From the NCBI GenBank assembly GCA_003331545.1, contig QOPC01000001.1, positions 297 to 64,296 on the forward strand: DNA of 64,000 bases, in the 5' to 3' direction. This document shows, piece by piece, positions 18,881 through 27,846 of the stretch. The first letter of the stretch is position 1, and every line of letters starts with the position of its first letter. The position numbers were made by a program, and so were the translations under genes. This DNA is from SAR86 cluster bacterium. Lineage in GTDB: Bacteria; Pseudomonadota; Gammaproteobacteria; Magnimaribacterales; D2472. The notes below the pieces were generated by a model. That model was not told where the DNA came from and ran no database searches. It worked only from the letters and a program-made list of their open reading frames with translations.

Positions 18881-19747
18881 CTAAATCTTAAGAATTTTTT
18901 TAGCATTCTCTCCTAAAAATAATGGCCATACATCATCGTTAAATGGCACATTATCCATTTCACTGAAAATTTTATCCAAAGAAAGACCCATCGGAAAATA
19001 ACCTGCATACATAATTTTATTTTTTCCACGCGTATTAGCAAAATTAATTATATCTTTTGGGTAATGTTTTGGTGAAAATGCACTGGTAGAGTAATAAAGA
19101 TTTGGATACTTAAGCATTAGTTTACATGCAAGGGCAGTCCAAGGCTCAGCTCCATGTCTCATGACAAACTTTAATTCTGGAAAATACCAACAAACTTCAT
19201 CTATTAACTCAACTTTTTGCGGAGCCATTGGAATTCTTGGTCCAGGCACACCAACGCAACAAAAAAAAGGAATATCTAGCTCAACGCACATTTCATAGAT
19301 GGGATGCCATTTGGGATCATTGATTGCAACTTGAGGATGCATCCCCGATGGAAATGCACTTACTGCTTTTATGCCATAGGTCTCAAAGTATCTTTTAATG
19401 TTTTCAGCTTCATCTTTAATATTTGGATTCACAGGAAGATCAAAGAAAAATCTATCTGAGTGATTTTTTGCTGCTTCAATTTTTACTTCAGATTTCTCAT
19501 GAAAACCTACCATTGCTTGGTTGATAAAATGTTTATCCATTTGATCAATTGTGTATTTTATAAAGTCATCATGAGATCCAGTCTCAGGGATATCTTTGAA
19601 CATGTATTGGGCTGGCATTTTGAACATTGACTTTGATTCCTCATCACGCAAGAGAGGCTCCATGAATGAATACCAGTCGGATCGATCCTCTTGCTCAGGA
19701 ATGCCAAGCATCAGATCAACGGTATGAATTTCTTTATTGATTGCCAT
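18881..19747 (-). CDS. amidohydrolase_2 (ACMSD/LigI-type TIM-barrel hydrolase/decarboxylase) family protein
   Basis: 288 aa. The C-terminal ...FLGENAKKILKI and the central HP...D pattern are typical of the family. The N-terminal metal motif is atypical (IHTVDLML instead of DxHxH). Confidence 0.7.
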   Translation of the reverse strand: MAINKEIHTVDLMLGIPEQEDRSDWYSFMEPLLRDEESKSMFKMPAQYMFKDIPETGSHDDFIKYTIDQMDKHFINQAMVGFHEKSEVKIEAAKNHSDRFFFDLPVNPNIKDEAENIKRYFETYGIKAVSAFPSGMHPQVAINDPKWHPIYEMCVELDIPFFCCVGVPGPRIPMAPQKVELIDEVCWYFPELKFVMRHGAEPWTALACKLMLKYPNLYYSTSAFSPKHYPKDIINFANTRGKNKIMYAGYFPMGLSLDKIFSEMDNVPFNDDVWPLFLGENAKKILKI

Positions 19748-19845
19748 GATTGATTTTAAACAATTATTTTAAAAAAATTACCTATTTAAAAAAAAACGAA
19801 GAATAGTTGTATTTTCCTTGACGAAAAAAAATTACTTGATACTCA

Positions 19846-20622
19846 TCAGGACATAAATTCTCCACCATTTACATCCAAGTTTGCTCCGGTAATAACTTTT
19901 GCAAGATCTGATATTAGAAATAATGCTGCATTGGCACAGTCACTATCATCTGGAATTATTCCAAGTGGAATATCTTTTGTTACTCCGCTGATCACATCAC
20001 TAGGTTCCACGCCCATGGAATCAGCAGTAAAGTTTACGTACATTTCGACAGGAGGCCCCCACATCCATCCCATATAAACTGAATTCACCCTGATACCTTT
20101 AGGGCCAAGTTCTTTTGCAAGGATTTTTGTTGCAGTGGATAGTGCGCCTTTTGAGGCCGCATATCCTCCTTGAGTGGGCAGAGGTTTTTTTGTAATCAAA
20201 CTATTTATCATTACAATTGCACCATTTTTATTAGGAGTCATTTCTTTTACTGCAGCCATTGTTAAGTTCATGGTGCCGAAAAAATTTGTATTCATTGTTT
20301 CATGCCAATCATTAAAATCAGAATCTTCAATCTCTTTGAAGTCACCTGCTCGGTAGGCACTATTGATTAATCCATCCAACTTTCCATATTGTTTGATTGT
20401 TTCGTCAACTAAATTCTTACAATCATCTGGATTTGTGATGTCACAGGGTATTGCAATCACATCTGATTTTTTACCAATTTCATCTTTAAGTTTATTGAGT
20501 AATTCTGTTGACCTAGCAGCAATGGCTATTTTTGCACCTTCTCTTGCTGCACCATATGCCAATTCTTGACCCAGGCCTGGACCAATGCCAGAAACTATAA
20601 CAACCTTATCTTTTAGTAACAT
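19846..20622 (-). CDS. short-chain dehydrogenase/reductase (SDR)
   Basis: Cofactor motif VSGIGPGLG, NSAY, catalytic YAASK. Confidence 0.9.
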   Translation of the reverse strand: MLLKDKVVIVSGIGPGLGQELAYGAAREGAKIAIAARSTELLNKLKDEIGKKSDVIAIPCDITNPDDCKNLVDETIKQYGKLDGLINSAYRAGDFKEIEDSDFNDWHETMNTNFFGTMNLTMAAVKEMTPNKNGAIVMINSLITKKPLPTQGGYAASKGALSTATKILAKELGPKGIRVNSVYMGWMWGPPVEMYVNFTADSMGVEPSDVISGVTKDIPLGIIPDDSDCANAALFLISDLAKVITGANLDVNGGEFMS

Positions 20623-20631
20623 TTTTAATTC

Positions 20632-21771
20632 CTATTTAATGTATTGATTAATGTATTCATTGAAATTATCTTCAATGAAAGATTTTGCTAGCCCAAATTC
20701 TTCAAGTGAGTATTGATGAGCACCCATTTCATGTTGATTTTCCTCTTTCCAAGCATTCATTGCATTTTCAGCCTGATCGGTAAAATCTTCTCCAATAAAT
20801 TCATAAACCTCAGTCATTTCAAGGATTGGATCTTTTATCATCTTATTAAACTCTAAGTTAAGAAAATTCTCTTTATTTGCATTACTTACATTCATACAAT
20901 GATTCAGCACCTTTGCTAGTTTATGCGCCCAGTGATGACCAATTTCATTTTTATCATAAGAATTTGAAATGGGTTCAAATAAGTTTGCACACATTGAACA
21001 AAAAGATGGAACGGTTTTATGAGGATCTCTATGTGTTTGAATGACTTTTGAATCGGGGAATATAAGCAATAACTTATCTATGAAACCAAGGTGGTGAGGT
21101 GATTTTAAAACCCATCTCTTGTTCTCTCTTCCAGGATTTTGCCATTGAAGATATTGAAGCATTCTTTTTAGTTGAGAATATGCATGAATATGGTCTTGTG
21201 ATTCAACCCATTTAGAATAAGTTGGTAATCTCATGAAGGATTCTGGAACAGTGCTAAAGAATGTATGTTCAAGCAGCAGAATTTCTTCATCGGCTCCTTT
21301 GTAATCCCATGGATGTATAGTCAGTGCATCTGGAGATGCTTGCATTACAGCCTCAACTTCAGCTTTGCCCATCTCCATTCTATCTATTGGATTGCCTCTT
21401 GATTCACCCTCAAGCATTGCAGGATATCTCCCTTCCCACCAGAGCATCGCTGTATGATTTGGATCAGAAGCAAGCAATCTATGAGTCATGGTGCTGCCTG
21501 TTCTTGGAAGCCCTACAATTACAACCGGAGACTCAATCTCCTCTGATAGTATTTCTGGATTTTTATCAAAAGCTTCTTCTATTCTTAGTAGGTTAATTAA
21601 TATGCCCGTTAGTCTTTGCTGCTGAGCTCCCAGACCAATTTCATTGAGATCTGCCTCTTGATTAATCGATTTTATAAGTACCTCAAAACCCTCTAAAAAA
21701 AGAGGATTGCCAAAATTACTTAAACCGGTTTGATTTTTTGCTTCCTTAATTATTTCTAGTGAATCAAGCAT
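20632..21771 (-). CDS. cytosolic PAPS-dependent sulfotransferase family protein
   Basis: 5'-PSB loop GLPRTGSTMTHRLL and 3'-PB region VLKSPHHLGF...IQTHRDPHKTVPS. 379 aa with no signal peptide. The start overlaps the upstream gene's stop (TGATG). Confidence 0.8.
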   Translation of the reverse strand: MLDSLEIIKEAKNQTGLSNFGNPLFLEGFEVLIKSINQEADLNEIGLGAQQQRLTGILINLLRIEEAFDKNPEILSEEIESPVVIVGLPRTGSTMTHRLLASDPNHTAMLWWEGRYPAMLEGESRGNPIDRMEMGKAEVEAVMQASPDALTIHPWDYKGADEEILLLEHTFFSTVPESFMRLPTYSKWVESQDHIHAYSQLKRMLQYLQWQNPGRENKRWVLKSPHHLGFIDKLLLIFPDSKVIQTHRDPHKTVPSFCSMCANLFEPISNSYDKNEIGHHWAHKLAKVLNHCMNVSNANKENFLNLEFNKMIKDPILEMTEVYEFIGEDFTDQAENAMNAWKEENQHEMGAHQYSLEEFGLAKSFIEDNFNEYINQYIK

Positions 21772-22853
21772 CAGTTCATCTCAATTGAATCAATCTTTTT
21801 AATTTTTACTTCTGGTATTGGATTATTTTTTGCATCAATCCACCTAAGAAGCATTGCGCCATTATTTCGACCCTCAGTAATCAGATTATTCTCAATGTTA
21901 ATTGGAAAATGACTCACAGTAATAGTAATCGATTTGTCTTTCTTAACAATAGCAGAAGAATCATTGATATGAATTGGATAATGGCGGTAGTCTAGTGATT
22001 CCATCCAGAAATTTTCTAATTGAAAATTCCAATATTCGCAATCAGGAATATATGTCGTAATCTGCATGCATTCATCTTTATTAAAATCGTAATAACCATG
22101 AAGGTAGCAGATTTTTGGATCCCCTCCGGCAGCTTGAAAAAAACTTTGATCACCAAGTGGCAAAGCATTTTTATGATTTTTTTTGAAATCCTTTACCCAT
22201 ATCAAGAATGTCGATGCAGTTCCCCTCACAAAAGCTAATGATTGATTGAGTTGATTTTCTAGCTTATCCGAGCTTAAAAGCTCAGGACTTGCTTTTGTGC
22301 TGACAGTTTTGATATTAATTTTTGCATGTGTTTGATTAATTCTATCTTTATAAGTTTGACGAACTATGAGCATATTTGTATTTTTAGGCATAGCTAAAAA
22401 GTTTTTAGATTCTTTGGTTCCGCCTAAATATAAAACAAAATCACCTGAATCTTCTATAAACATGTCTTTCATATCTATTTCACCCAAAGAGATCATAGTT
22501 CCGTCTATGCTGTACCGATTTTCTTTCAAACCAAAACTTAAATAATTCAGTTCTCCTATATTTCCAGATACTTTGTATTCTTGCTTGCCATCAATGTTTG
22601 CATTTAAATAAATATTATCTGGGTTATCAGCACCTATTTTTGCGGTTTCATGAGAAAGGCTATAAAAAGAAGGTGTTGAAGAGTTGGAATGCTCTAAATT
22701 CATCTCTAGGGATAGTCGCAATAATCTTAACAGATATCGGTAACCCTCAGCTTGATCAGTTTCACTCAAGGAAGATTCTGATTCGATTAAAGAACCTATG
22801 TCTTTTAAGTTTTCACAAAAAGAATCCCACTTTTCTTTAAATAAATCTGCCAT
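21771..22853 (-). CDS. conserved hypothetical protein (possibly DUF1214-like beta-rich fold)
   Basis: 360 aa ORF with no competing frame. The N-terminal AEGYRYLLRLLRLSLE...GADNPDNIY pattern recalls DUF1214-type proteins from memory only. Translationally coupled to the sulfotransferase. Confidence 0.55.
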   Translation of the reverse strand: MADLFKEKWDSFCENLKDIGSLIESESSLSETDQAEGYRYLLRLLRLSLEMNLEHSNSSTPSFYSLSHETAKIGADNPDNIYLNANIDGKQEYKVSGNIGELNYLSFGLKENRYSIDGTMISLGEIDMKDMFIEDSGDFVLYLGGTKESKNFLAMPKNTNMLIVRQTYKDRINQTHAKINIKTVSTKASPELLSSDKLENQLNQSLAFVRGTASTFLIWVKDFKKNHKNALPLGDQSFFQAAGGDPKICYLHGYYDFNKDECMQITTYIPDCEYWNFQLENFWMESLDYRHYPIHINDSSAIVKKDKSITITVSHFPINIENNLITEGRNNGAMLLRWIDAKNNPIPEVKIKKIDSIEMN

Positions 22854-22919
22854 ATTATTTCTTTTTAATTGCTTAAATTTATATTATGGTTGATGTTTAA
22901 TCAATGAGTAAAAAATAGA

Positions 22920-23990
22920 ATGCCTAAGCCACAAGAAAGAGATTTAGAACAAACAAAGGTTACTTTTGCCAATTGGCTAGAGTTAAAGCTAGAAAATATT
23001 AACAACTTAAATGTTGAATTGTTAGGGGGTCCTGAGAACACTGGTTTTTCAAACGAAACTCTCAGCTTCAATGTTTCATATAACTTAGATGGCGATGATG
23101 TAAAAAAAGGAATGGTCCTTAGATTTTATCCAGAAGGCTTTTTTGTTTTTCCTGATTATGATATTCACAAACAATATCTGATAATGCAAAAGTTAGCTGA
23201 TCATGAGATCAAAGTTCCTAATGTTCTTTGGTATGAACCAAGCGATGAGGTTTTTGGAACTTCCTTTTATGTTATGGAAATGGCGAGTGGTGATGCTCCT
23301 TCAGATAATCCACCATTTCATCAAGAGGGCTGGGTTGCCGATTCATCTGAAGAAGTGAGAGAAAATATTTGGTGGGGTTGGGTTGAACAAATGGCAAAAA
23401 TTCATCAGGTAGATATTTCTACTGGCGATTTTGAATTTCTTAATAGACCAAAACTTTCTGAAGACTATCTTGAGCAGGAATTAAATTATTATTTCAATTT
23501 CCATGACTGGGCCATGGAGGGTGAAGCTCATCCAGTTGCTGATAAGGCACGAGAATGGTTGAAAACAAACAAGCCGAGTCCTAAGCAAGCATCTATTCTT
23601 TGGGGTGATTGTCGCTGTGCAAATATTATGTATACATCAGATGGCATGGTTTCAGCAGTGCTAGATTGGGAAATGGCTGCATTGGGTGACCCTTGTATAG
23701 ATCTTGCATGGGGTATCGCAATAGACGACTGCAACTCAAAAGGAGTTCATGTTGATCGACTTAGTGGCTTTCCAGGGCCTGTTGCTACAATAGCTAAATG
23801 GGAGGCTTTAACTGGCTTCAGTGCAGAAGATTTTGATTATTATTATATTTTGGCTTTATATAAATTTACTGTAATTATGGTTAAAGTGGTAAGAAAATTA
23901 GAGCACTATGAGATCATGCCTATGGGCATGAATGCTCACATAAATAATCATGTAACGCCGATGCTAGAGGCAAAACTTAAGGAATTATAA
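22920..23990 (+). CDS. APH-fold phosphotransferase (aminoglycoside/choline kinase-like small-molecule kinase)
   Basis: Catalytic loop ILWGDCRCANIMY (HGD..N variant) and Mg-binding VLDWEMAALGDPCIDLAW. 356 aa. Confidence 0.85.
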   Translation: MPKPQERDLEQTKVTFANWLELKLENINNLNVELLGGPENTGFSNETLSFNVSYNLDGDDVKKGMVLRFYPEGFFVFPDYDIHKQYLIMQKLADHEIKVPNVLWYEPSDEVFGTSFYVMEMASGDAPSDNPPFHQEGWVADSSEEVRENIWWGWVEQMAKIHQVDISTGDFEFLNRPKLSEDYLEQELNYYFNFHDWAMEGEAHPVADKAREWLKTNKPSPKQASILWGDCRCANIMYTSDGMVSAVLDWEMAALGDPCIDLAWGIAIDDCNSKGVHVDRLSGFPGPVATIAKWEALTGFSAEDFDYYYILALYKFTVIMVKVVRKLEHYEIMPMGMNAHINNHVTPMLEAKLKEL

Positions 23991-23991
23991 A

Positions 23992-25518
23992 ATGGCAATT
24001 TTCTCTATTTCGCGTTCTGAAGAAGGTAAAAAGCTTCTCAGTTTAAAAAGTCCTGTAGATCTTTCACATATTGATACTTACGAATGTACTTCATCTTCAG
24101 AAATCTCATCAATAATGACACAAGCAAAAGTTGCGCAAACTGAATGGAAAAAAACGTCTCTTAAAGAACGAGTTGAATTAATGCATAGAGTTGCAGATGT
24201 TGTAATACAACAACAAGATCGAATCATGGAAGTTGTTATGAGAGAGACAGGCAAGCCAGAGCAAGAAGCCATGGCAATGGAAGTATTTTCAGCAGTCGAT
24301 TCATTGGTTTTTTACGCTAAGAGAGCTGAAAAATGGCTATCAGATAAAAAAATCAAGATGCATGGTCCCATGCAGTTTCTTAAGAAAACAATAATCACTT
24401 ATAAACCAAGAGGTGTGGTAGCAGTAATTACTCCTTGGAATGGTCCATTTATATTGTCCATTAATCCAGTCATTCAAGCTGTTCTTTGTGGAAACAGTGT
24501 GGTGGTTAAGCCATCTGAAGTTACTCCTATGTCTGGAGCATTGGTGCAGGAGATTTTTGCGCTAGCAGAAGCTCCTCAAAATTTAGTGCAGACAGTTATC
24601 GGTGATGGCGAAACAGGCGCTGAATTAATCGATCAGGGTCCCGACAAAATATCCTTCACTGGAAGTGTCGCTACTGGCAAAAAAATCGCTTCCAAGTGTG
24701 GAGAAATGCTTATTCCATTTAGTCTTGAGTTAGGCGGTAAAGATGCCATGATTGTCTGCTCTGACGCTAATATCAAAGATGCAGCAAGTGGAGCAGTTGT
24801 AGGTTCATGCATGAATGCAGGCCAATACTGTTGTGGCACCGAAAGAATTTATGTTATGGATGATGTGTATGATGAGTTCGTTGCCGAAGCTGTTTCTATA
24901 ACTCAATCACTTATCCAATCAAATGATTGTAAGGGTGATGTTGGCCCTACCTTTTGGGATAAGCAAGTCAACATTATTGAAGATCATGTTAATGATGCCG
25001 TTGCTAAAGGTGCCAAGGTATTGGTTGGAGGAAAAAGAAATCCAAATTTTGAAGGCCTATATTTTGAACCAACTGTTCTTGTAGAAGTTACCCATGAGAT
25101 GAAAATAATGAAAGATGAAACTTTTGGACCAATTATATCTATCATGAAGGTGCAATCAGAAGAGGAGGCATTAATGTTAGCCAATCAATCTCACTATGGC
25201 TTAAATGGAAATGTTTGGACCAAGGATTTAAAAAAAGGTCAGAGATTAGCTAAATCAATTGAAACAGGAGCCTGTTCTGTAAATGATATGGCAATGAGCT
25301 ATGGTGTTAATGAAGTTCCATTTGGCGGTGTTAAAGAAAGTGGGTTAGGTGTGGTTAATGGAAAAGAGGGCCTATTAGCATATGCCCATCCAATGCCAAT
25401 TATCATAGGTAAGAAATCCGCATCTGCTTACCCCTATACAGATAAATCATTCGAGCAACTAAAAGGAGCATTAAAAATATTTTGGGGTAATAGGCTGGTC
25501 AGAAAACTATTCGGCTAA
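23992..25518 (+). CDS. NAD(P)+-dependent aldehyde dehydrogenase
   Basis: ELGGKDA, catalytic Cys region GQYCCGTERIYV, FGPI, EVPFGGVKESG. The start is 1 bp after the kinase stop. Confidence 0.92.
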   Translation: MAIFSISRSEEGKKLLSLKSPVDLSHIDTYECTSSSEISSIMTQAKVAQTEWKKTSLKERVELMHRVADVVIQQQDRIMEVVMRETGKPEQEAMAMEVFSAVDSLVFYAKRAEKWLSDKKIKMHGPMQFLKKTIITYKPRGVVAVITPWNGPFILSINPVIQAVLCGNSVVVKPSEVTPMSGALVQEIFALAEAPQNLVQTVIGDGETGAELIDQGPDKISFTGSVATGKKIASKCGEMLIPFSLELGGKDAMIVCSDANIKDAASGAVVGSCMNAGQYCCGTERIYVMDDVYDEFVAEAVSITQSLIQSNDCKGDVGPTFWDKQVNIIEDHVNDAVAKGAKVLVGGKRNPNFEGLYFEPTVLVEVTHEMKIMKDETFGPIISIMKVQSEEEALMLANQSHYGLNGNVWTKDLKKGQRLAKSIETGACSVNDMAMSYGVNEVPFGGVKESGLGVVNGKEGLLAYAHPMPIIIGKKSASAYPYTDKSFEQLKGALKIFWGNRLVRKLFG

Positions 25519-25520
25519 TC

Positions 25521-26285
25521 TTATTGAGGTTTAGCTACGTCTAAATAACTCGGCTTTTCTCCACCACCGTGAACCTCAAGAGCAGCACCTGTAATCCAGC
25601 CCGCCAAATCGGAAGAGAAAAATATGCATGCATTAGCTATGTCTTTAGGCTTACCCATTCTTTGCATTGGAATAGTTTTGGCTACTTTATTGATTTCCTT
25701 CGTGCTCCCGTAATGAAGTATTGAATTTTCTGTTTCTATATATCCTACAATTATAGAATTAACCTTAATTTTTGGGGCCCATTCAACGGCTAAGGTTTTT
25801 GTAAGATTTACTAGGCCACCTTTAGCTGCTCCATAAGCAGCGCTCCCTGGTGTTGGTCTAGTGGCTGTTACACTTGAAATATTAATAATGTTCGAAACTG
25901 TTTTTTGCTTCATCATCATTTTGGCAAATCTTTGGCTTACATTCAGTGGGGCAGATAAATTAAGATCAATGATAGCTTCGTGGAATTTATTCGAAGCTTT
26001 TAACGCATTAGCCATTGGAGCTCCACCAGCGTTATTTATTAAAACATCAATTGATTTTGTAAGTACTTTTATTCTCTTTACAGCATTATCTAAAGATTCA
26101 ATGCTCCTAATGTCACATTCGATAAATACAGCTTTATTACCTTTCGCTTGAATAGATCTTTTTGGTTTATCACGCGCAAGGATAAAAACTTTTGCATCCT
26201 GTTTTAGGAAAGTTTTTGTAATTTCAGCACCAATACCTTTAGTACCTCCGGTAACCACTACTGATTTATTCTTAAGGTTTATCAT
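25521..26285 (-). CDS. short-chain dehydrogenase/reductase (SDR)
   Basis: TGGTKGIG, NNAG, catalytic YGAAK. Confidence 0.9.
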   Translation of the reverse strand: MINLKNKSVVVTGGTKGIGAEITKTFLKQDAKVFILARDKPKRSIQAKGNKAVFIECDIRSIESLDNAVKRIKVLTKSIDVLINNAGGAPMANALKASNKFHEAIIDLNLSAPLNVSQRFAKMMMKQKTVSNIINISSVTATRPTPGSAAYGAAKGGLVNLTKTLAVEWAPKIKVNSIIVGYIETENSILHYGSTKEINKVAKTIPMQRMGKPKDIANACIFFSSDLAGWITGAALEVHGGGEKPSYLDVAKPQ

Positions 26286-26397
26286 TTTTTCATGTTATTT
26301 AAATAATTCTATTTAAAAAAACTAATTATAAGGCATCTAATCATCAAAAAAATTCATAAATTTTTTAAATCTTTGATCATTGGTGGACTAATTAATT

Positions 26398-26405
26398 TGT
26401 ATAAT
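26398..26405 (+). promoter_or_regulatory. candidate extended -10 promoter element (TGTATAAT) for the F420 operon; SD AGGAG at 26424-26428
   Basis: TGnTATAAT lies 31 bp upstream of the npdG ATG in a 150-bp divergent intergenic region. A strong Shine-Dalgarno AGGAG lies 7 nt before the ATG at 26436. The AT-rich background makes chance matches likely. Confidence 0.35.
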
Positions 26406-26435
26406 GTGAAATAAATTTTAATCAGGAGAATTTTA

Positions 26436-27068
26436 ATGAAAATAGCTATTCTGGGAGGAACAGGTTCTTTGGGTAAAGGGTTGTCATCTCGGTGGATCAA
26501 AGCTGGTCATGATCTAATCATCGGAAGTCGAGACTTATCAAAAGCTCAAGAGGTTGCAGTCGAGCTGGGGCTAGATGCATCGGCAGGAATGTTGAATATA
26601 GATGCAGCTTCACATTGTGAACTTGCTTGCTTAACAGTTCCCTTTGCTCATCAAGAAGCAACTTTATTGAGCATTGAAGGTGCCTTAGCTGACAAAATAA
26701 TGATTGATGCAACTGTCCCATTAATGCCTCCTAAAGTTATGAGAGTTCAATTGCCTATTGAGGGCTCAGCTGCTCTTAAAGCTCAATCACTATTGGGTGA
26801 AAGCACTACAGTAATTTCTGCTTTTCAAAATATCTCAGCCGAACTGTTACAAACAGATGCTGATATAGATTGCGATGTATTGGTTGCTGGTGATTTTATT
26901 GAAGCAAGAAATACGGTAATTTCATTGGCCAAAGACGCTGGTTTGACAGCTTGGCATGCTGGTCCATTGTGCAATTCTGCTGCTGCAGAAGCTTTGACTT
27001 CGATATTGATTGCAATCAATAAAAAACATTCACTTGCTCATTCTGGAATTAGAATTACTGGGCATTAA
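26436..27068 (+). CDS. npdG: NADPH-dependent F420 reductase (Fno/NpdG family)
   Basis: 210 aa. N-terminal Rossmann motif MKIAILGGTGSLGKGLSSRW..GH.LIIGSRD is typical of NpdG/Fno. First gene of the cof/fbi operon. Confidence 0.85.
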   Translation: MKIAILGGTGSLGKGLSSRWIKAGHDLIIGSRDLSKAQEVAVELGLDASAGMLNIDAASHCELACLTVPFAHQEATLLSIEGALADKIMIDATVPLMPPKVMRVQLPIEGSAALKAQSLLGESTTVISAFQNISAELLQTDADIDCDVLVAGDFIEARNTVISLAKDAGLTAWHAGPLCNSAAAEALTSILIAINKKHSLAHSGIRITGH

Positions 27069-27117
27069 ATAAAAGAGAAATATCATTAATTCAGTTAATC
27101 TCATAGCACTAGAGACA

Positions 27118-27846
27118 TTGCCTTTGATTGAGCCTGGTGATGATCTGGCTAGCCTCATCATCAAAGCTATTAATGATGAATCGATTCTAATTGATGATGG
27201 AGATGTTTTTGCAATTGCGCAAAAGATAGTATCAAAATCTGAAAATAGGTATTTGGATTTATCCTCTGTTAACCCCTCAAAAGAGGCAATAGATCTATCA
27301 AAAAAAATCTTTAAAGAGCCAAATTTTATTCAAGCAATTCTAAATGAATCAAAGAAAGTTGTTAAATTTAGAATGGGAGTATTAATTGTTGAGCATAAAT
27401 TAGGCTTTATTCATGCAAATGCTGGAATTGACAGATCTAACATTGACCAACAAAAAGATACTGTATTACTTTTACCAAAAAGTCCGGATAAATCTGCAAA
27501 ATATTTATCAGAATCCTTATCTCGATATTTCAATAAAGAAATTTCAGTCATCATCACCGATACCATGGGTCGACCATTTAGAAATGGAATAGTGGGCTTT
27601 ACTATTGGCAGTCATAATATTGAATGCATATTAGATGAGAGAGGAAATAACGATCTTTATGGCAATGAGCTTAAAGTTACTCAGATTGCAATTGCTGATG
27701 AGTTGGCGGCAGCTTCCTCTCTATTGATGGGACAAGCAGCTCAAAAAAAACCAGTCGTAATTATTAAAAATTACAAATATAAAAAAAATAAATTCAGTGA
27801 TGCGCAGTCATTAATTCGTTCTGAGGATGAGGATTTGTTTAGATGA
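27118..27846 (+). CDS. cofE: F420-0:gamma-glutamyl ligase (stand-alone CofE, no FbiB C-terminal domain)
   Basis: LPLIEPGDDLASLI, AQKIVSKSE, HANAGIDRSN, IITDTMGRPFRNG, DELAAASSLLMGQ and RSEDEDLF match CofE. The true start is probably upstream at ATC 27082 or ATT 27085 (see finding). The coordinate given is the first canonical start (TTG). Confidence 0.88.
   Translation: MPLIEPGDDLASLIIKAINDESILIDDGDVFAIAQKIVSKSENRYLDLSSVNPSKEAIDLSKKIFKEPNFIQAILNESKKVVKFRMGVLIVEHKLGFIHANAGIDRSNIDQQKDTVLLLPKSPDKSAKYLSESLSRYFNKEISVIITDTMGRPFRNGIVGFTIGSHNIECILDERGNNDLYGNELKVTQIAIADELAAASSLLMGQAAQKKPVVIIKNYKYKKNKFSDAQSLIRSEDEDLFR

Noticed and set aside
19788-19831. Hairpin flanked by A9 and A8 runs between the SDR and amidohydrolase genes, a possible intrinsic terminator on the minus strand
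   Set aside because: The stem is only about 7 bp, has two bulges and is AT-rich (CGAAGAA.../...TTCCTTGACG). That is too weak to call in this AT-rich background.
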